Source: Camelus ferus (taxonomy: Eukaryota). Taken from it: 64,000 bases of DNA. The notes under the pieces were generated by a model. The model was not told where the DNA came from. It did no database searches and was given only the letters and a program-made list of their open reading frames with translations. Below are positions 24,192 to 37,340 of the stretch, one piece after another. The position numbers and the translations under genes were made by a program. The stretch covers positions 2,790,001 to 2,854,000 of the forward strand of contig NC_045713.1 of assembly GCF_009834535.1 (NCBI RefSeq), written 5' to 3'. How positions within the stretch are numbered: the stretch's first letter is position 1; each line of letters starts with the position of its first letter.

Positions 24192-24822
24192 TTTTAAATT
24201 GAAGTATAGCTGTTGTGTTAGTTTCTGGTGTACAGCACAGCGATTCAGTTATATATATATATTCTTTTTCAATAAGGCTATTACAAGATATTGAATATGG
24301 TTCCCTGTGCTATACAATAGGACTTTGTTGTTTATCCATTTTATATATAGTAGTGTGTATCTGCTAATCCCAAACTCCTAATTCATCCCTCCCCCCGCCC
24401 TTTTCCCTTTTGGTAACCATAAGTTTGTTTTCTATGTCTGTGAGTCTGTTTCTGCTTTGTAAATCAGTTCATTTATCTCATTTTTCAGATTCTTCATATA
24501 AGTGATCTCACGTGATACTTATCTTTCTCTGTCTGAATTACTTCACTTAATATGATAATCTCTAGGTCCATCCATGTTGCTGAAAATGGCATTATTTTAT
24601 TCTTTTATGGCTGAGTAGTATTCCTTTCTATGAATATACACATCTTCTTTATCCATTCCTCTGTAGATGGACATTTGGGTTGCTTCTCTGTCTTGGCTCC
24701 TATAAATAGTGCTGTTATGAACATTGGGGTGCATGTATCTTTTCAGATTTGAGTTTTCTCCAGATATATGCCCAGGAATGGGGGTGCTGGATCATATGGT
24801 AACTCTATTTTTAGTGTTTTAA
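24192..24822 (-). mobile_element. L1 3' end (artiodactyl-type, L1_Art-like)
   Basis: ttgaagtatagctg...gtttctggtgtacagcacagcgattcag...ttccctgtgctatacaatagg...ctaggtccatccatgttgctgaaaatggc...gatggacatttgggttgc. Confidence 0.92.
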
Positions 24823-25379
24823 GTTAGAATCCCCTTTTTTGAGAATCTGCTGTGAGGAATCCAGCTTCAGCGCCTTTAGTTCCTCTGTAGCATTTGTTCT
24901 GAGCAACACCCTCCCTGGGCTGCTCCTGATGACTGAGAAGGGCTGGGCCATTCCTGCCTGACGAAGCAGGTCTCCAAAGGACAATCTGCCCACAGTCCAA
25001 GGCTTCTCCTGCTCAGCTGCGTCCTCCTTCCTTTTCTCTGTCGTTCTACAGGTGCCAGACTGGCACTGTGGGCTGAATGCTCTCCTGGCCTATGCCTGCT
25101 CACTCTGCCCTTTACCCTTCACAGGTATTTCCTTCAGTACATTTCTTGAATGCCTATTTCCATGGCTTGATGTTTGCTTCTTGCAGGACCCAAATTAATG
25201 CAGCCCCCAAATTCTGAGAAAAGTTGCAACCCTGGTCCCCTCTGGTGGGCAATCAAAGGAGAATGTGTTCCTTGTGACAGGTTCATGGGCCAAGGAGAGA
25301 AACCCAATCACTCCCCCTAAGGTCTGTCACATTGAGTGTACATTATGGGAAAAGAAATACACATGGCATGGGGCAATGT

Positions 25380-25620
25380 TGTTAAGGCTTAAAACAGGGT
25401 AATTATATTAAAAGTCATGATAGTAGTTACATTGATGGGGAATATTTGAGGTGAGGGAACATGATGGGGGCTTGCTGAGGTGCTGGTAATGTTCTATTTC
25501 TTGAGCTGGATGCTGAATAGGTGTGTTCCTTTGGTGACAATTCATGGAGATGTTCACTTATGATTGGTACAGTTTTTGATCCATCTATTTTTCCTTATTA
25601 AAAAGTTAAAAAAAAACAAG
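25380..25620 (+). mobile_element. Old L1 3' UTR fragment (L1MC/ME-like)
   Basis: gggggcttgctgaggtgctggtaatgttctatttcttgagctggatg...attaaaaagttaaaaaaaaac. Confidence 0.75.
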
Positions 25621-26569
25621 GTATATTTCTAGTATTTAGCACCTCTCCCAATGATGTGGGATCTGAGGGGATGCAGCCTGTAGGTACAGGATGCAATGTA
25701 TTAATTAACGGGGGGGGGGGGGGTTACTCTGCACAGCCCACCAGGAGCCCTAGGAATCCCTAATGGGAACATGGCTGTGGTCCTTAAAGAACCTTAAGGC
25801 TATTTATTTTGGGGTCCTGAGTTGCTAGCAGAGGTTCTAGACTTATCTGATATATATGCCCTTTATAGCCAAGCTTCAGCTGAATAAATAAATGACTTAC
25901 TTATATCTTGACATTTCGGAGATGTCAGAAAGAGAAGAAATAGGGAGTTCTACAATCCTCGGTATTGCCTGTGGCAGGATTCAGTGCTTGACTTTGAGAG
26001 CATGATGTGTAGCTCGCTGAGAGAATGAATCTGCCTGGGTGGAGAAATGTGGGTATATGTTTGACAAATCAATTCCTTCCTTGGAGGAGGAGAAGGGAGA
26101 CTCCCACGGAGGTCAGGCAGCTCAATTATCAGAGGCAAAGCAGAGCAGCAGAGGTCTTGCAGAATCAAGGAGCCCCCCTGTGCTGACGCCTGCATGGGGA
26201 CTTGCTAGCATCACCTGGTTGGCTGGGCACCACTGCAGCGAGCCTCTGAAATTAATGACATCCTCACCTCCACTAGCGGGGCCAGCCTCTGCCTTCAGAC
26301 TCACAGGTTCAGACACATCCCGAGGCTCAAAGGCATGCAGCGCTCTGCTTAACAGGAAAAGTGCCCCCACTGGATCACAGAAGCCCAGACAATAGTTGCC
26401 TTTTTCCTGTTCATTCAGCCGACCCTGTGCCCCCGGGGCACTGTCCCTCTAGTGCCCATGATTGGGGTCATTTACCTCTTACTCTTTCTAGCAGAGGCAG
26501 TTAGCATTGTGGTACACAGGCAAGTTACAGAGCATATGGCTTCAGCCCAACAGCAGCACATAAGAGGCA

Positions 26570-26800
26570 GTGAACTGTAAGGGTTAAGAGCATGAGTTAA
26601 AAGTATATTCTACCACTCAGTAGCAGTATGACTTTAGGCAAGTCTCTTAACCTTTCTGTCCCTCAATCTTCTCATCTATTAAAATAATTATTTGTTATAG
26701 TACTTACTTCAGAGAATTATGAGATTTAAATTAGTTAATACATAGAAAGCACTGTTTAAAAAAAGTGGGGGGGGGGCACTGATATACATCAGCTGTTGTT
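26570..26800 (+). mobile_element. MIR SINE
   Basis: tgactttaggcaagtctcttaacctttctgtccctcaatcttctcatctattaaaat. Confidence 0.78.
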
Positions 26801-26865
26801 ATCATGGTCATCATTAGTGCTATCCGCAAAATATTTCTTGCTCTGTCTCCAGGTACATGTCACAT

Positions 26866-27680
26866 TGTAGGATGGCCCCGGAAAAGTAAGCTACCCACAC
26901 AACTTGTTCTAGTCAATGAAATGTATCACATGTCATTTCCAGACAGAAACTTTAAAAGCTGGTGTGCAATTCACCATGTCCATTTTTTCCTGACCTGGAA
27001 AACATGACAACATGGAGATGAAGTTTCCTTTAGTCTGAGGGCTTGAGTCACGGAGACAGAAAGCCACACTCCCAGCCCACCTTAGGGAGATCTGTAGAAT
27101 GAGCATGAAATATATCTCCACTGAAATGTCATGATTATTTGCTACTGCAACATCTTTTCATCTATTCTGACCAAAAAAAAAAAAAAAAAAAAAGGTACCT
27201 AAAAGTGACGTGCTGCCATAACACGGACCTCAAATGTGTGGAATTAACTAGGATTCAGGAGGTCAGTCTACAGTAAGGAAACCATTATGAAACACTGGAA
27301 GGATGGCAACCCCTGATATGCAGGGCTGAAATACGTGGTCAAACTGTTATCTGCTATAACCTACAACACAGGTAACATCTTGTAGCTCTAGCGAAATAAG
27401 TTACAAGACAAAGTTCGTGTGTTGATTGCTGCTAGCTTCATTGGGGCAAGTGGTACAAGAGAGAAGCTCAGAAAATCAGAAAATAAGCAGCCAGTTTGCA
27501 AGCGGGAATGAACAGAAGTGCAGAGTCCCCAGATTCAGAGACTTGTAGATTTGTAAGAGTAAACATTAGAGATACAAGTGAGCAGAAAAAAAGCTGACTA
27601 AGCCTTTACAGCAAGAATCAAATTAACAGTTTAGCCTCAGACCCATTGTTGATATTTACGAATGGAATGTCCTTACAACT
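26866..27680 (+). mobile_element. MLT1 LTR (to ~27172) followed by MLT1-int sequence (from ~27194)
   Basis: LTR end tttgctactgcaacatc...tattctgacc, then A21, then ggtacctaaaagtgacgtgctgccataacacggacctcaaatgtgtgg, which resembles the start of MLT1-int. Confidence 0.65.
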
Positions 27681-28214
27681 ATGCCTGGAACCTCAGCTCC
27701 ACACACGGAACAGAAGAGCTTCTGCACCTGTGGCTCAGAGGGCGGTGGACTCACTCTGACCCACGCCCATTCTAAGACCCAGGGTCCTCCTAGTGTTGTG
27801 GCCCATACCTGGCTCCCGGCCTTATCTCCCTTTCCTGCCTCACAATTCCCAGTCCCTGTCTTTGTTCTCTGTCCAAAATTCCAATTTTTTTAACTCCCTG
27901 CCTTGTATCCCTCGCCCTGTCCTTCTAGGGAGCCCTGGTCCTTGTAACTCTCCACCAGCTCTGCAGTCAGATCCTTGGGCCTCAGCAAACCTGAGGCTCT
28001 GAATTTGGCCATGGCCAAACAATCCTGAATCTGTGACATTTGCCTGTAACTCTCCAACACACCCCCAACTCTGCTGTCTTTCTGGGGTTTCTCTAGTTGT
28101 CTTATGCCAAGGACTGGCCAGCTCACAAGCCATAACTTAGTGAGTCTGTCAGTCACTTGGATATGGTTTGCACCAGCTCAGTGTTCCTCACTTTAGATCT
28201 TACCTTTGTCTAAA

Positions 28215-28350
28215 CTTGGTGCTCAAAGCTGAACATCAATAGTCCAGATGAGATCTCAGAAGGGCATAATGTAAATGGACCATCACCTCCCCTTCCTAAA
28301 GCTCAACTCCTACTAATGCAACCTGACATTCCATTGGCTCTTATATCAGC
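28215..28350 (-). mobile_element. L3/CR1 LINE ORF2 relic
   Basis: Minus strand translates to EVMVHLHYALLRSHLDY, compared with the recalled CR1 RT-region motif EVIVPLYSALVRPHLEY. Confidence 0.72.
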
Positions 28351-29931
28351 TTGTGCCTTTCAATGAGCCTATCTACCTGCCCTCCAGCACACAGCCAGCA
28401 CCCCCATGAGCATCCACTCATGGCATTCCTGCTTTGCGGCACCCACATCCTGAACCTTTCCCTTCTTTATTTGTTGCATTCTGTTTCCAGACTTTTGCAG
28501 ATCCCTTCTGCTCCAGGCCTCAAAGTCTCTCCTCTTAAGCTCTTCTGCTATGACCCATGGCTCCATTTCCAGGCCACAATTTGCACTTGTTCCTTGAATG
28601 ATAGCTGCTTCCAGCAAATGAAGCACCCCAGTGCAGGTCAGCCTGGCCTAGGGGACTACCCTGAGATGATTTATGTGAATGGCTTCCCCCCTGAGAACAC
28701 CCTAACTCAGAGGAAAGATGCTGGTCCCTTGCTTCACTGTGGGTTTGGAATAAACTTTTGCTCAACAAAAGTGCCCCAGTGTTTCTCACATGAAAAGCTT
28801 CTAAGATGCAAAGATCCCTCCTTCTTTGTCTGAATATTTCATTTGCTGTAACGACATACAATTTTTAGTAACTTATTTCAGAGTCATTGGCCCCCAAACT
28901 GGATTAATTACCATCCTTTGTTAATGACACACTATCAACAGTGAGTACAGAGTGGTCCTCTTCTGATTTATTTCATTAATATGTATTTATATATCAACTT
29001 AGTTTTCAAAAAAACTATGGTGAAGTTTCATGAACCCAAGGTTGAACACCAAACTGAGACAATTAAAAATAACCTACATCTACTTGTGTGTTCCTTCCTG
29101 ATCCCAAGGGCCTACAACGGGTTCCAGAAAAGGAAAATTGCCAAACATGATCTTGGTTTATTCATGCTGACTTTACTTCATCATTCATTTCCTATCTGAT
29201 TATAGACAAATTGCCAGATGCCTGCCTGATCTGACTTTGGGTAACTTTGAACTTCTGACCCCATTGTTAGCCCAGGGATCCTCAGTATGAGGTCACTCAG
29301 TGCCATGGGCCTGGGGCAGCATTATCTGCAAGCCTTACATTTACCTGGCACACATTTAGGACTGACATCTATTCTATTCCCCATGGCTGTCCGTCCTGAT
29401 ACTTCTTTCTTCCTATTTCCACAAAACATTAATTTGCAAATGTCCCACTTTAGAATGCTTTTAGTCTTTAGAAAGCCCCACAGTTCTGCTCTTTTGAATC
29501 TGGAAGTTAAAATGCAACACCCATGTTCCTATTCACGTGAGAAATGATATCCTGATGTGTCACCCCTGACATTCATTCTGCCTGGCTCACACACCTGCAC
29601 AATTGCCAATTGTCTAATTTTTCCTCCCAATCAGGAGAAACCTGAGAAAAGATACCTTAACATCTGCTGGGCTTTCAGGCAACTCGTTATAGGAATTCAG
29701 CACCTGGGTTGCCTGTGGAGTGTCTGCTCAGTTTTCCCCAGGAAGAGAGTTCCTAGGGGGCTTTACAAGCATCTATTCATCAGAGAATTGATATGGGCAG
29801 ATCTCATAAATGTCAAAGGAACGTGCATTTGAGGTGCTTCCTTTGGTACATTTTAAAGGCAACAAAGCTCATTCTTAAAAGGCAAGAGGGCAACAGAGGA
29901 AGAGTAATACCAGTGCAAGTATTTATACATA

Positions 29932-30050
29932 AAGAAAGGGAAAGAGAGAGAGACAAAGAATGTGGGAGGCATGGAGAGGGGGAAGAGAGAAATGAGAGAG
30001 AGGAAAGAAAGGAGGCAGGAGGGAGGAAGGAAGAGAGAGAGGAGGAGAGG
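29932..30050. repeat. GA-rich polypurine low-complexity tract
   Basis: Near-pure A/G composition on the + strand. Confidence 0.85.
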
Positions 30051-30329
30051 GTGAACCTCAGTTGGGCTGAGAAAGCAGTCCATGGAAATGTACTCATGAA
30101 ACTTTCTAGCTGTTGAAATGCAGAGCTGCACGGCAGACCCTGAGAAGAGCACTGCAGGAGTACGAGGGTCTCCTGCTGTCATCAAGCTTATAATCACCTA
30201 CTGGGGCACAGCTAGGAAGCAAATGCTTGTGAATTAATCAAAGGGCCATCAAAAGAGTGCAGTCCCCTTGGATTGGTGAGCTTGCTCATTAGCTCAGCCC
30301 CATAAATATTAGCAGTTATTTACACAATA

Positions 30330-30610
30330 GAGAAATATGGGCCGTAGACCACATTACACTGTTGGAATGTAATACCAATAAAATCTTATAACTGTTAATA
30401 AATTTCCATCATGGGCAAGTGTTCTGGACAACAAAGTTATTGTCACATTCTGCACTTGGCCCAGGGTAAGCACACGTTTCGATCTGAAATAAGTCAGTAT
30501 AAAATCTTTTACAACACGTTGCCTTGAACGACAACAATAAAACTTTTTCTTTGATTTGCGACCATTGAACAAATATAATTTAAAAATAAAATGTTTCTGC
30601 TTTCCTCTGT
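30330..30610. promoter_or_regulatory. Candidate conserved or ancient-repeat-derived non-coding element
   Basis: AT-rich but keeps several CpGs (cacgtttcgat, cacgttg, gaacgac, tgcgacc); ATAAAATCTT occurs twice; no recognisable common repeat. Confidence 0.3.
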
Positions 30611-32719
30611 GCAAACTGCCTACTCCTCAACTCCACCCTCCAAAAATACCAACTTATCAAGTGACTCTTCCTTTAGCTGAATTATTCCCAACTCTGTCAT
30701 CCTACCATTAAGTGGCCATTAATCTGCAAATGTCCTCATCTCTTTCAATTATTCAACAGACGCTCACACCCAAACTCAGAAGCTTGCACCCACAGAAGTC
30801 TACGTAGAATTTTTTAAAGGACTTGGAACAATGCAATGCCACTAAGTGGTTCTGAAAATTGAGTAGACAAACCAATCAATCAAGCAAGGAATTAAGAAAT
30901 AAATTAAAGCAAGGGCTTGGAATCTGGTAGGAAAGAAGTGAGGAGATTTGCACTGGGAACACTACTAAATCCAACTTTCACCGGTAGGGTCAGAGCACTT
31001 CTTTTTAATTTTTGATTCACCGGAACAGTTGGTCTTCAGTTCCACATCATTTCTATTTCTGCAGATGGTGAATATGCTTTCTAGCAACACAATTATGTTG
31101 ACCCCACGGAGCATGGGGTAAACAGATTGTGCTGGTGGTGTTGAGAAGTTGGCTTCTTGCCATTTACTGTGAAGGCAGGGAAACCCTCAGATAGCTAGAG
31201 AGTCAGAAAGTATGCATTAAGTGCACTCTTTAGTTCCCTGGATATGAAATACTCATTACTCTATATTTGAGAACTCACTTAGATGTGAATCCTAGTGTCT
31301 AGGAAGATAGTAAAAGAAAGACAAAATCACAAGGCGAAACTGAATAGTGTGCTATATTTGAGGCATAATCTAATTATTTTATTATTTGTCGTGCTTCTTT
31401 AAAAGGCTTGATAAGTAGGTTTGTTTGTTTTCTATCCAAGTCTTCCTTCTAGTTCTTCTTGTTCTAAACATAAAGAACAATCCTGATAACTATGAGTGAG
31501 AATATATAGTCCCTGGTGGGATCAAGGCTTCTAATTCTATTTCATCCCATTCATAAACCATCCCAGGTAAGCCATCGGTTGAATACTAGTCCTGAATTAT
31601 TCAGTGGATACTGCATTGAAATATCATGTGAAAGAAGGGAGAGCCTGTAATACACATGTGGTGTTCCTTCAGTCTGCTCGCATGTGTCATGCCTCCCTAA
31701 TCCTTCTCTCTGCCCTCAGCTCAGCAATCCTTTCAGTGACATATATCCACTCCCATCCTAAAGAATCCCTTCCTTTCTTTACAACACAAGGAAGTCTCCT
31801 TCCTTCTTAAAGAGCTATTATAAAAATAAAGAGTTGCTTTCAAGGGAAAAAATATATAAATAGTACCTCATTAATTGGGATCCAGCTTCTACAATTTTAC
31901 ATATGTAAGAACTCTGTAAAAATGCCATATCAGATGCCTGATGTGCACAGCTAATTTCCACAGTTATCACAGTCATTCTTCTACCCTGAGGGTATGGGTG
32001 GCCCATTTCTAAAGCAGGTGTATTTAAAAGAGTTTGGTTTAAATGGGATCAACTTAAAATGAATTAGCAAATGAAATCCAGGGACACATTTGAGTAAGAA
32101 AGAGGACTACAAATGGAGAGAGGCTTGATTGAAAATGTAAGATATGTTTGAATCCAACAAAGATCAAAACAAAGATTTTGCTCTGCACATTCCGATAGTG
32201 TTCAGTGAACAGATTCATGTCATGCATGGAAGGGTTGAAAGAGCAGGGAGGTGGTTTGCCTAGAGGGAGTGGCAGAGATAGAAACCCAGTGCTTGGGAGT
32301 CGAGAAGAGAAGGAGAGGTGGGAAAAAGGAGGAAGAAGTCAGAGTTGGAAGAGAAAAGAGACAGAGGAAAGAAGAAAAAGATCACCATTTAAAATATCTG
32401 TAGGAAATAATACATTAGAAAACAAAGCCAACAGCATTGGTGAGACCCCAGAGAACAGAGTTAGGACCAAGAGGAACAGTTTCAAGGAGCAGATTTTTCA
32501 GCTCTCTAGAAGGAAGTATTTCCCAGTCCTCAGAGCTAAAGTGAGATACGTTATATGGTGCTGAGCACCCCATCAGAAGGATTATCCAAGCAGAGGCTAG
32601 GTCACCACCCATCTTGGCTCTTTTCCAAGAGGTTGCCCTAGAAACTCAGAGATTCTGTGACCATGTGATCACATTCATGGAACACGCCTATGGGAAACTC
32701 CTTAACATGGAGGAGAGAA

Positions 32720-33356
32720 CTGTCCATTCTCCTTATGTTCGGAAGTTACGTTCTCACAAGGCCTCGTGAACTCTGCGTTAGTGAATACTGAATCATTGCT
32801 CCTAGGAGAAATACAAGGTTGGGTTCCTGCGAGCCTCAGATCACAACATTTTCATCAACTAATCCATACATAACACACTTTTTTTAAGTGTGTTTCTGTT
32901 TAAAGACATCTTAGTTGATATGTATTGTTGATTCATTAACATTGAATTCATGGTCAACGCTCACACCTAAACAAGGCTGATCTAACACACATGTTCTCAT
33001 CTTAAGGCCCATCACAGCCTTCTCACACTTCGAAACACCGGACAGTTCTTCATCACTATGCTCAGAGGCCAGGGTAGTCACCAAAAAATTGCACAAAAAT
33101 GCAAAAAAAAAAAAAAAAGTGGTACTAGATAGACAATGAATAGGACACTTGCTTACAGCATGAGCTAAAACAAGGCAGAATGTCACCTGGTTCAACCTCA
33201 GTTGGGAACATGTATTAGGCGGCTCAAAGTTTTCACCACTCTGCACATATCCGTGAATGACTGTGAGAGGCCCACAGGTATTGATTTTGCATTTACAAAA
33301 AAGTTTTAGTAGGTGAATTCACAAATGCAGAATCCACAAATAGTGAGGATCAACTT
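32720..33356 (+). mobile_element. MER82-like TcMar-Tigger element, copy 1
   Basis: gaatactgaatcattgctcctaggagaaatacaagg...ttgattcattaacattgaattcatgg...gaattcacaaatgcagaatccacaaatagtgaggatcaac; clearly homologous to 38162-38774. Confidence 0.85.
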
Positions 33357-34984
33357 CTGAACTTGTTAGAGGTGGGAGCAATAATGGGCAAAGTGGCCAG
33401 GTGGGGGGCTCTGTACTGGCCAAACTCTACTTCCAATCCTACAGTCTCCTTTTACCGAGCAGAGCACAGTGGATTCTGCACCTCTGTCTGACCACAGCTG
33501 TCCACCCCTCTGGTCACAGGCTAGGCAGGTAGCACCAACCACAGGGGTTAAGTGGCTTTGCCATCAGGTAACAGCTGAAACCTTCCATGAGAACCAGAAG
33601 AGCTGGTCTCAAATGGGCTCATGTGGGTGGACTGAAGACCACCCCTTGGCTCCTGCCTTGCCCCTCTTCAATTTAGAACTCCAGGCGGTGTTGCTGTGTT
33701 CTATGGAGACAGTCTGAGCACACAGAGCTGGCCCAGATGAGGAAACTGGGACTCAGAAATGGGAAGTGATTTGTCTAGGAGCCAACTAATGGCAGATCTT
33801 TGCACTTTCTGGCACTGTTTTCAGCCATCATCAGAATGAAGACAATTACTGATGCTTCAGTAGCAGCAACATTGGTCCCACCATGGACCAAAGTACCTCG
33901 TGGAAACTGGCCCACCTGTGTAGCATCAGCTTCCAAACACGCTGCCTCTGAACAAGAACATCTCCAAAGTAAGAACACGAGCATCCCTATCAGAGTCTCA
34001 TTCATGAAGAGATGAAAAAAACCTAATTTCTCACTTCTGAAAACAGGCAGAAACAAAGACATGAACATGAAAAGCATTTTGATATTTTCCCACAAATTCC
34101 AGGCAGCGTGATGGGGAGATGAGATCTTCCTGGAAGAGCAGTGGACCTATCACATCTGCATCTACCATCCTGCAAGGGAGTGTGATTACTCTGCTATAAA
34201 AGAAAGCAGCATTGACCTTTCTGTGGGTTTTAATGTAATAATGTGTGCACACTCATTATTGGTTCCTAATAGAGTGCAAGAATGGAGGCCTTGGGAGTGA
34301 AGAAGATGTGCTATAATAATGTGGCCTCGATTAACTCTCTGGGGTTGGCTGAGGACTGGCCAGTGTGAAGATGAGGCTAGCAGGGAGTGGCCAGTGGGGC
34401 TAGTGGGGCAGCCCAAGTGTGTCCTTCCAGCCACGATCACATCAGGAACCACCTCTCAGCTCAGAATCTCCAGTGGGGTCCAAGGCTGCTGTGCACAGAA
34501 TGCTGGAGGTGTCATTTGTGCTCTTGTGTGGGCGAAAGCAGGACGTCCTATGCTCGTGGGAGTGGCACTCATGTGGAGTATAGTGCGAATGGCTCTTCTT
34601 GGAGTTCTGCAAACCAGGGACGCCAATGTGGAGAAAAACATCAGTGCCAAGGGGACCTGGTGGTCCCCTGACTCCTCCCTTATACACAGTCCTTTACATT
34701 TTTTGCAAAGAGGGATTACCTCACTGTCACAAAGATACACAATCTCTTTCCTGACTTGGACCCTATTTATCTCTCTAGGCTCATCTTTTTCCACCTCTCA
34801 CTTATATTGAGGCTTTGCCCCCTGAGTTTCTTCAGTGAGTCAGATTCTTCTCAAGAGCTTTCACCAATGTGTCTCCTTTCACCTAGAACGCCCGTCTTCT
34901 CTCTCATCCCCTGAGTATCTCTTACTTCTTCAGGAATCAACCATCATATCACCAGCTAGAGCTCTTTTATCTTTAGCCACTGAA

Positions 34985-35385
34985 GCCTTGACTCAACTGG
35001 ATTAAATACACCAAAGATGTATTCTGTCATAAAGCAGGAAGTCTTTAGATAAGGGAGATCTCAGGTTGGTGAATTCAGCTGATAATAATGTCATCAAAGG
35101 CCCTACTTTTTCCATCTTTCTGCCCCGATATCCTTCGCCTGTCTGTTTGGCTCCTTTGCGGTTGTAGGTGACTGCTATGGGTCTAGGCAGAACACGAGGT
35201 CCCGTAACATCCAGAGGAAGAAAAGGGCTCTCTCTGTCCCTGAGTGTCTCTCTTTAAGAGCGAGGAAACATTTCTCAGAATCCTCTACCAGAATCCTCAG
35301 TTCTCAGGGAGCAGCATTGTGTGACAAACCCATGCCTAAACCAATCTCCAGCCAGAGAGGGATTACGGTGATTGGATTAGTGAAG
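34985..35385 (-). mobile_element. MaLR LTR (MLT1K/L-like)
   Basis: aatgtcatcaaaggccctactttttccatctttctgccc...gaggaaacatttctcagaatcc...cccatgcctaaaccaatc. Confidence 0.7.
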
Positions 35386-35539
35386 CACAGATTGCAGGAA
35401 AAGCATTTAGTCTGCTAGAAAACAGGATGGTGTCAGGCTGGCAACCAATGCTATTTTCTACTGTCCCCAACTCCTGCATGTGGTTTGAGGGGACCATGTC
35501 CTGCCCCGGCTCCCTATCATGCCCCCTCCTAGAAATCTA

Positions 35540-35700
35540 AATTCTCTATGTTGTGATTGACTATTTACCCACATGTCAACTCCTTCATTTTAGAGCTTCT
35601 TCAAGTTAGATATGGTGCTTATTCACTGCCCTAGAACCTAATATGTGCTTGGGGCTTAAGAATGAGTGGATGAATAAATGAATGAACGAATACATGGACA
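35540..35700 (+). mobile_element. L2 3' tail
   Basis: ccctagaacctaatatgtgcttgggg...gaatgagtggatgaataaatgaatgaacgaat. Confidence 0.65.
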
Positions 35701-37175
35701 CATAATGAATCCATGAGTGACTGCATGGATGACAGCTATTGGGTGCATGAGTGAACAATAACTGTCAAATGTAGTCATTCTTCTTCCCACTCTACACTTG
35801 GGGAAACTCCCCTTCAGAAAGAGCGAGAGACTTTTTCATCATTAGAATTTCTGGTTCTAAGCTGAATGTTGCATCCAACAGAAATGAGGAAAAGAAGACC
35901 AGAGTATTAACTGGCTTGCCCAGCATCCCAGAGTAGCAGTGCTGGGAACTCTTTTTTCATATACATAATTTCATTAACATGTCCAGGGATCATTTAAAAT
36001 TTTGAGTATAGACACACACAGATAATTCTAAGACTCTTTTTTTTTCCACCTGACTCAAATTTTACTCTCTGACTTCAGCTTTCTTCATCCCAGAAACATT
36101 TATATAACAAATGGACCCCGATCTTTTGAGGATTCAGTTCGCAATCCTGACAAATTAAGGGCCCTGAAGAATCAATTATTTTTACTTATCTCCTGGGCTG
36201 AAGGGGAGGAAGTCCTACATTTCTGGGACTTTGGCTTTGAAACCTCTTCAAAGCATTATAGAAAAGCCAAGGGAATTAGACAATAAGAATTCTTTCAAAA
36301 CAGTAGGATTTAAAGGATCTTATTACCTACTTTATAATCTTACCTTAAGGCTGTAGAAAGTATTAATTGGAGCAAAGACATCCAAAAGGGAACAGCTAGT
36401 GTAAGTCATCTATATTGTCGAAGTCTGTCTTTTATCTCTTTAATTTGTTACATTGCCTTACCCTCAGCATGTCTTTCAGATAAACCTAACCAACTCCTGA
36501 CTCCCTGGTGCATATTTTTTTTTTCTGGGCACAGACAGGAAAAATAAAAAGAGCTAGGCCGAAGGAATCAATGGCACTTCAAGTCCCATTTCCTGCCTTG
36601 CTCAGAGGTTGATCCCTTCAAGGAAAGTTGGTTGGAAAACAGAGCAGGCCCTAGGCAAGTAGAAAAACTCCAAGTATCTATCTCTCAAGGTAGCTGACAT
36701 GTAGCCTGAATCCCCAGCATTCAGTTCTTACTAGAAATAATAGACTGTTTCTTTATGGAGAGTGTGAAATGCTTTACAATAGGGTAGAATGGCTGAAGCC
36801 TGCTCTGATACATGAAAGCAGGATGTGCTCATAGGATCCTGTTGTTCCTCACTGACTGTGCCTTGGGGACCACATTCATCCCATGCATACATTTTTGTAG
36901 CGGGATGAGAAATACTTCTTATTTTTTATTTGAGGTAATAATAATCTTTGGCCAAAAAAAAAAAAAAGTCATAATCCCACAGAAAATGGCAGGGGAAAAG
37001 GAAGCTTCAATCTTCATAAAGGGAACAAAAAGCAAAATCAACCCCTATTTTAAGGAAAATGGGTCTTGGTATAGTTTCCTCTCCCAATTTATAAAAGGCT
37101 TCTGAGTGCGTGAAGCTGGCATATAATTCCCTTTTTTCATAAGTGCTACCTTTCTGAGGGCAAACTAGGGTACTA

Positions 37176-37340
37176 AAATATTTCTCAAATTGCAGTCCTT
37201 GTGTCAATGAAAAAATGCCGATTCCTGGGTGCCCTTCCTGGATCCACCGACTCTGAAGCTCTGAGGAATAGACCCAAAGATCAGAAATGTTTGAGGCTCC
37301 TTGGGTGATTCTTATGCACGCCCATGTTTGAAGACCACTG
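37176..37340. mobile_element. MER5-family hAT MITE
   Basis: tttctcaaattg...aatgccgattcctgggtgccc...gggtgattcttatgcacgcccatgtttgaagaccactg. Confidence 0.75.

Noticed and set aside
31060-31135. + strand acceptor ttctatttctgcag followed by a short ATG frame
   Set aside because: Matching donor is weak and the frame stops after 18 codons
34319-34810. Cluster of overlapping ORFs of 81-163 aa
   Set aside because: Open on both strands in GC-rich DNA, with no known motifs or matching splice structure
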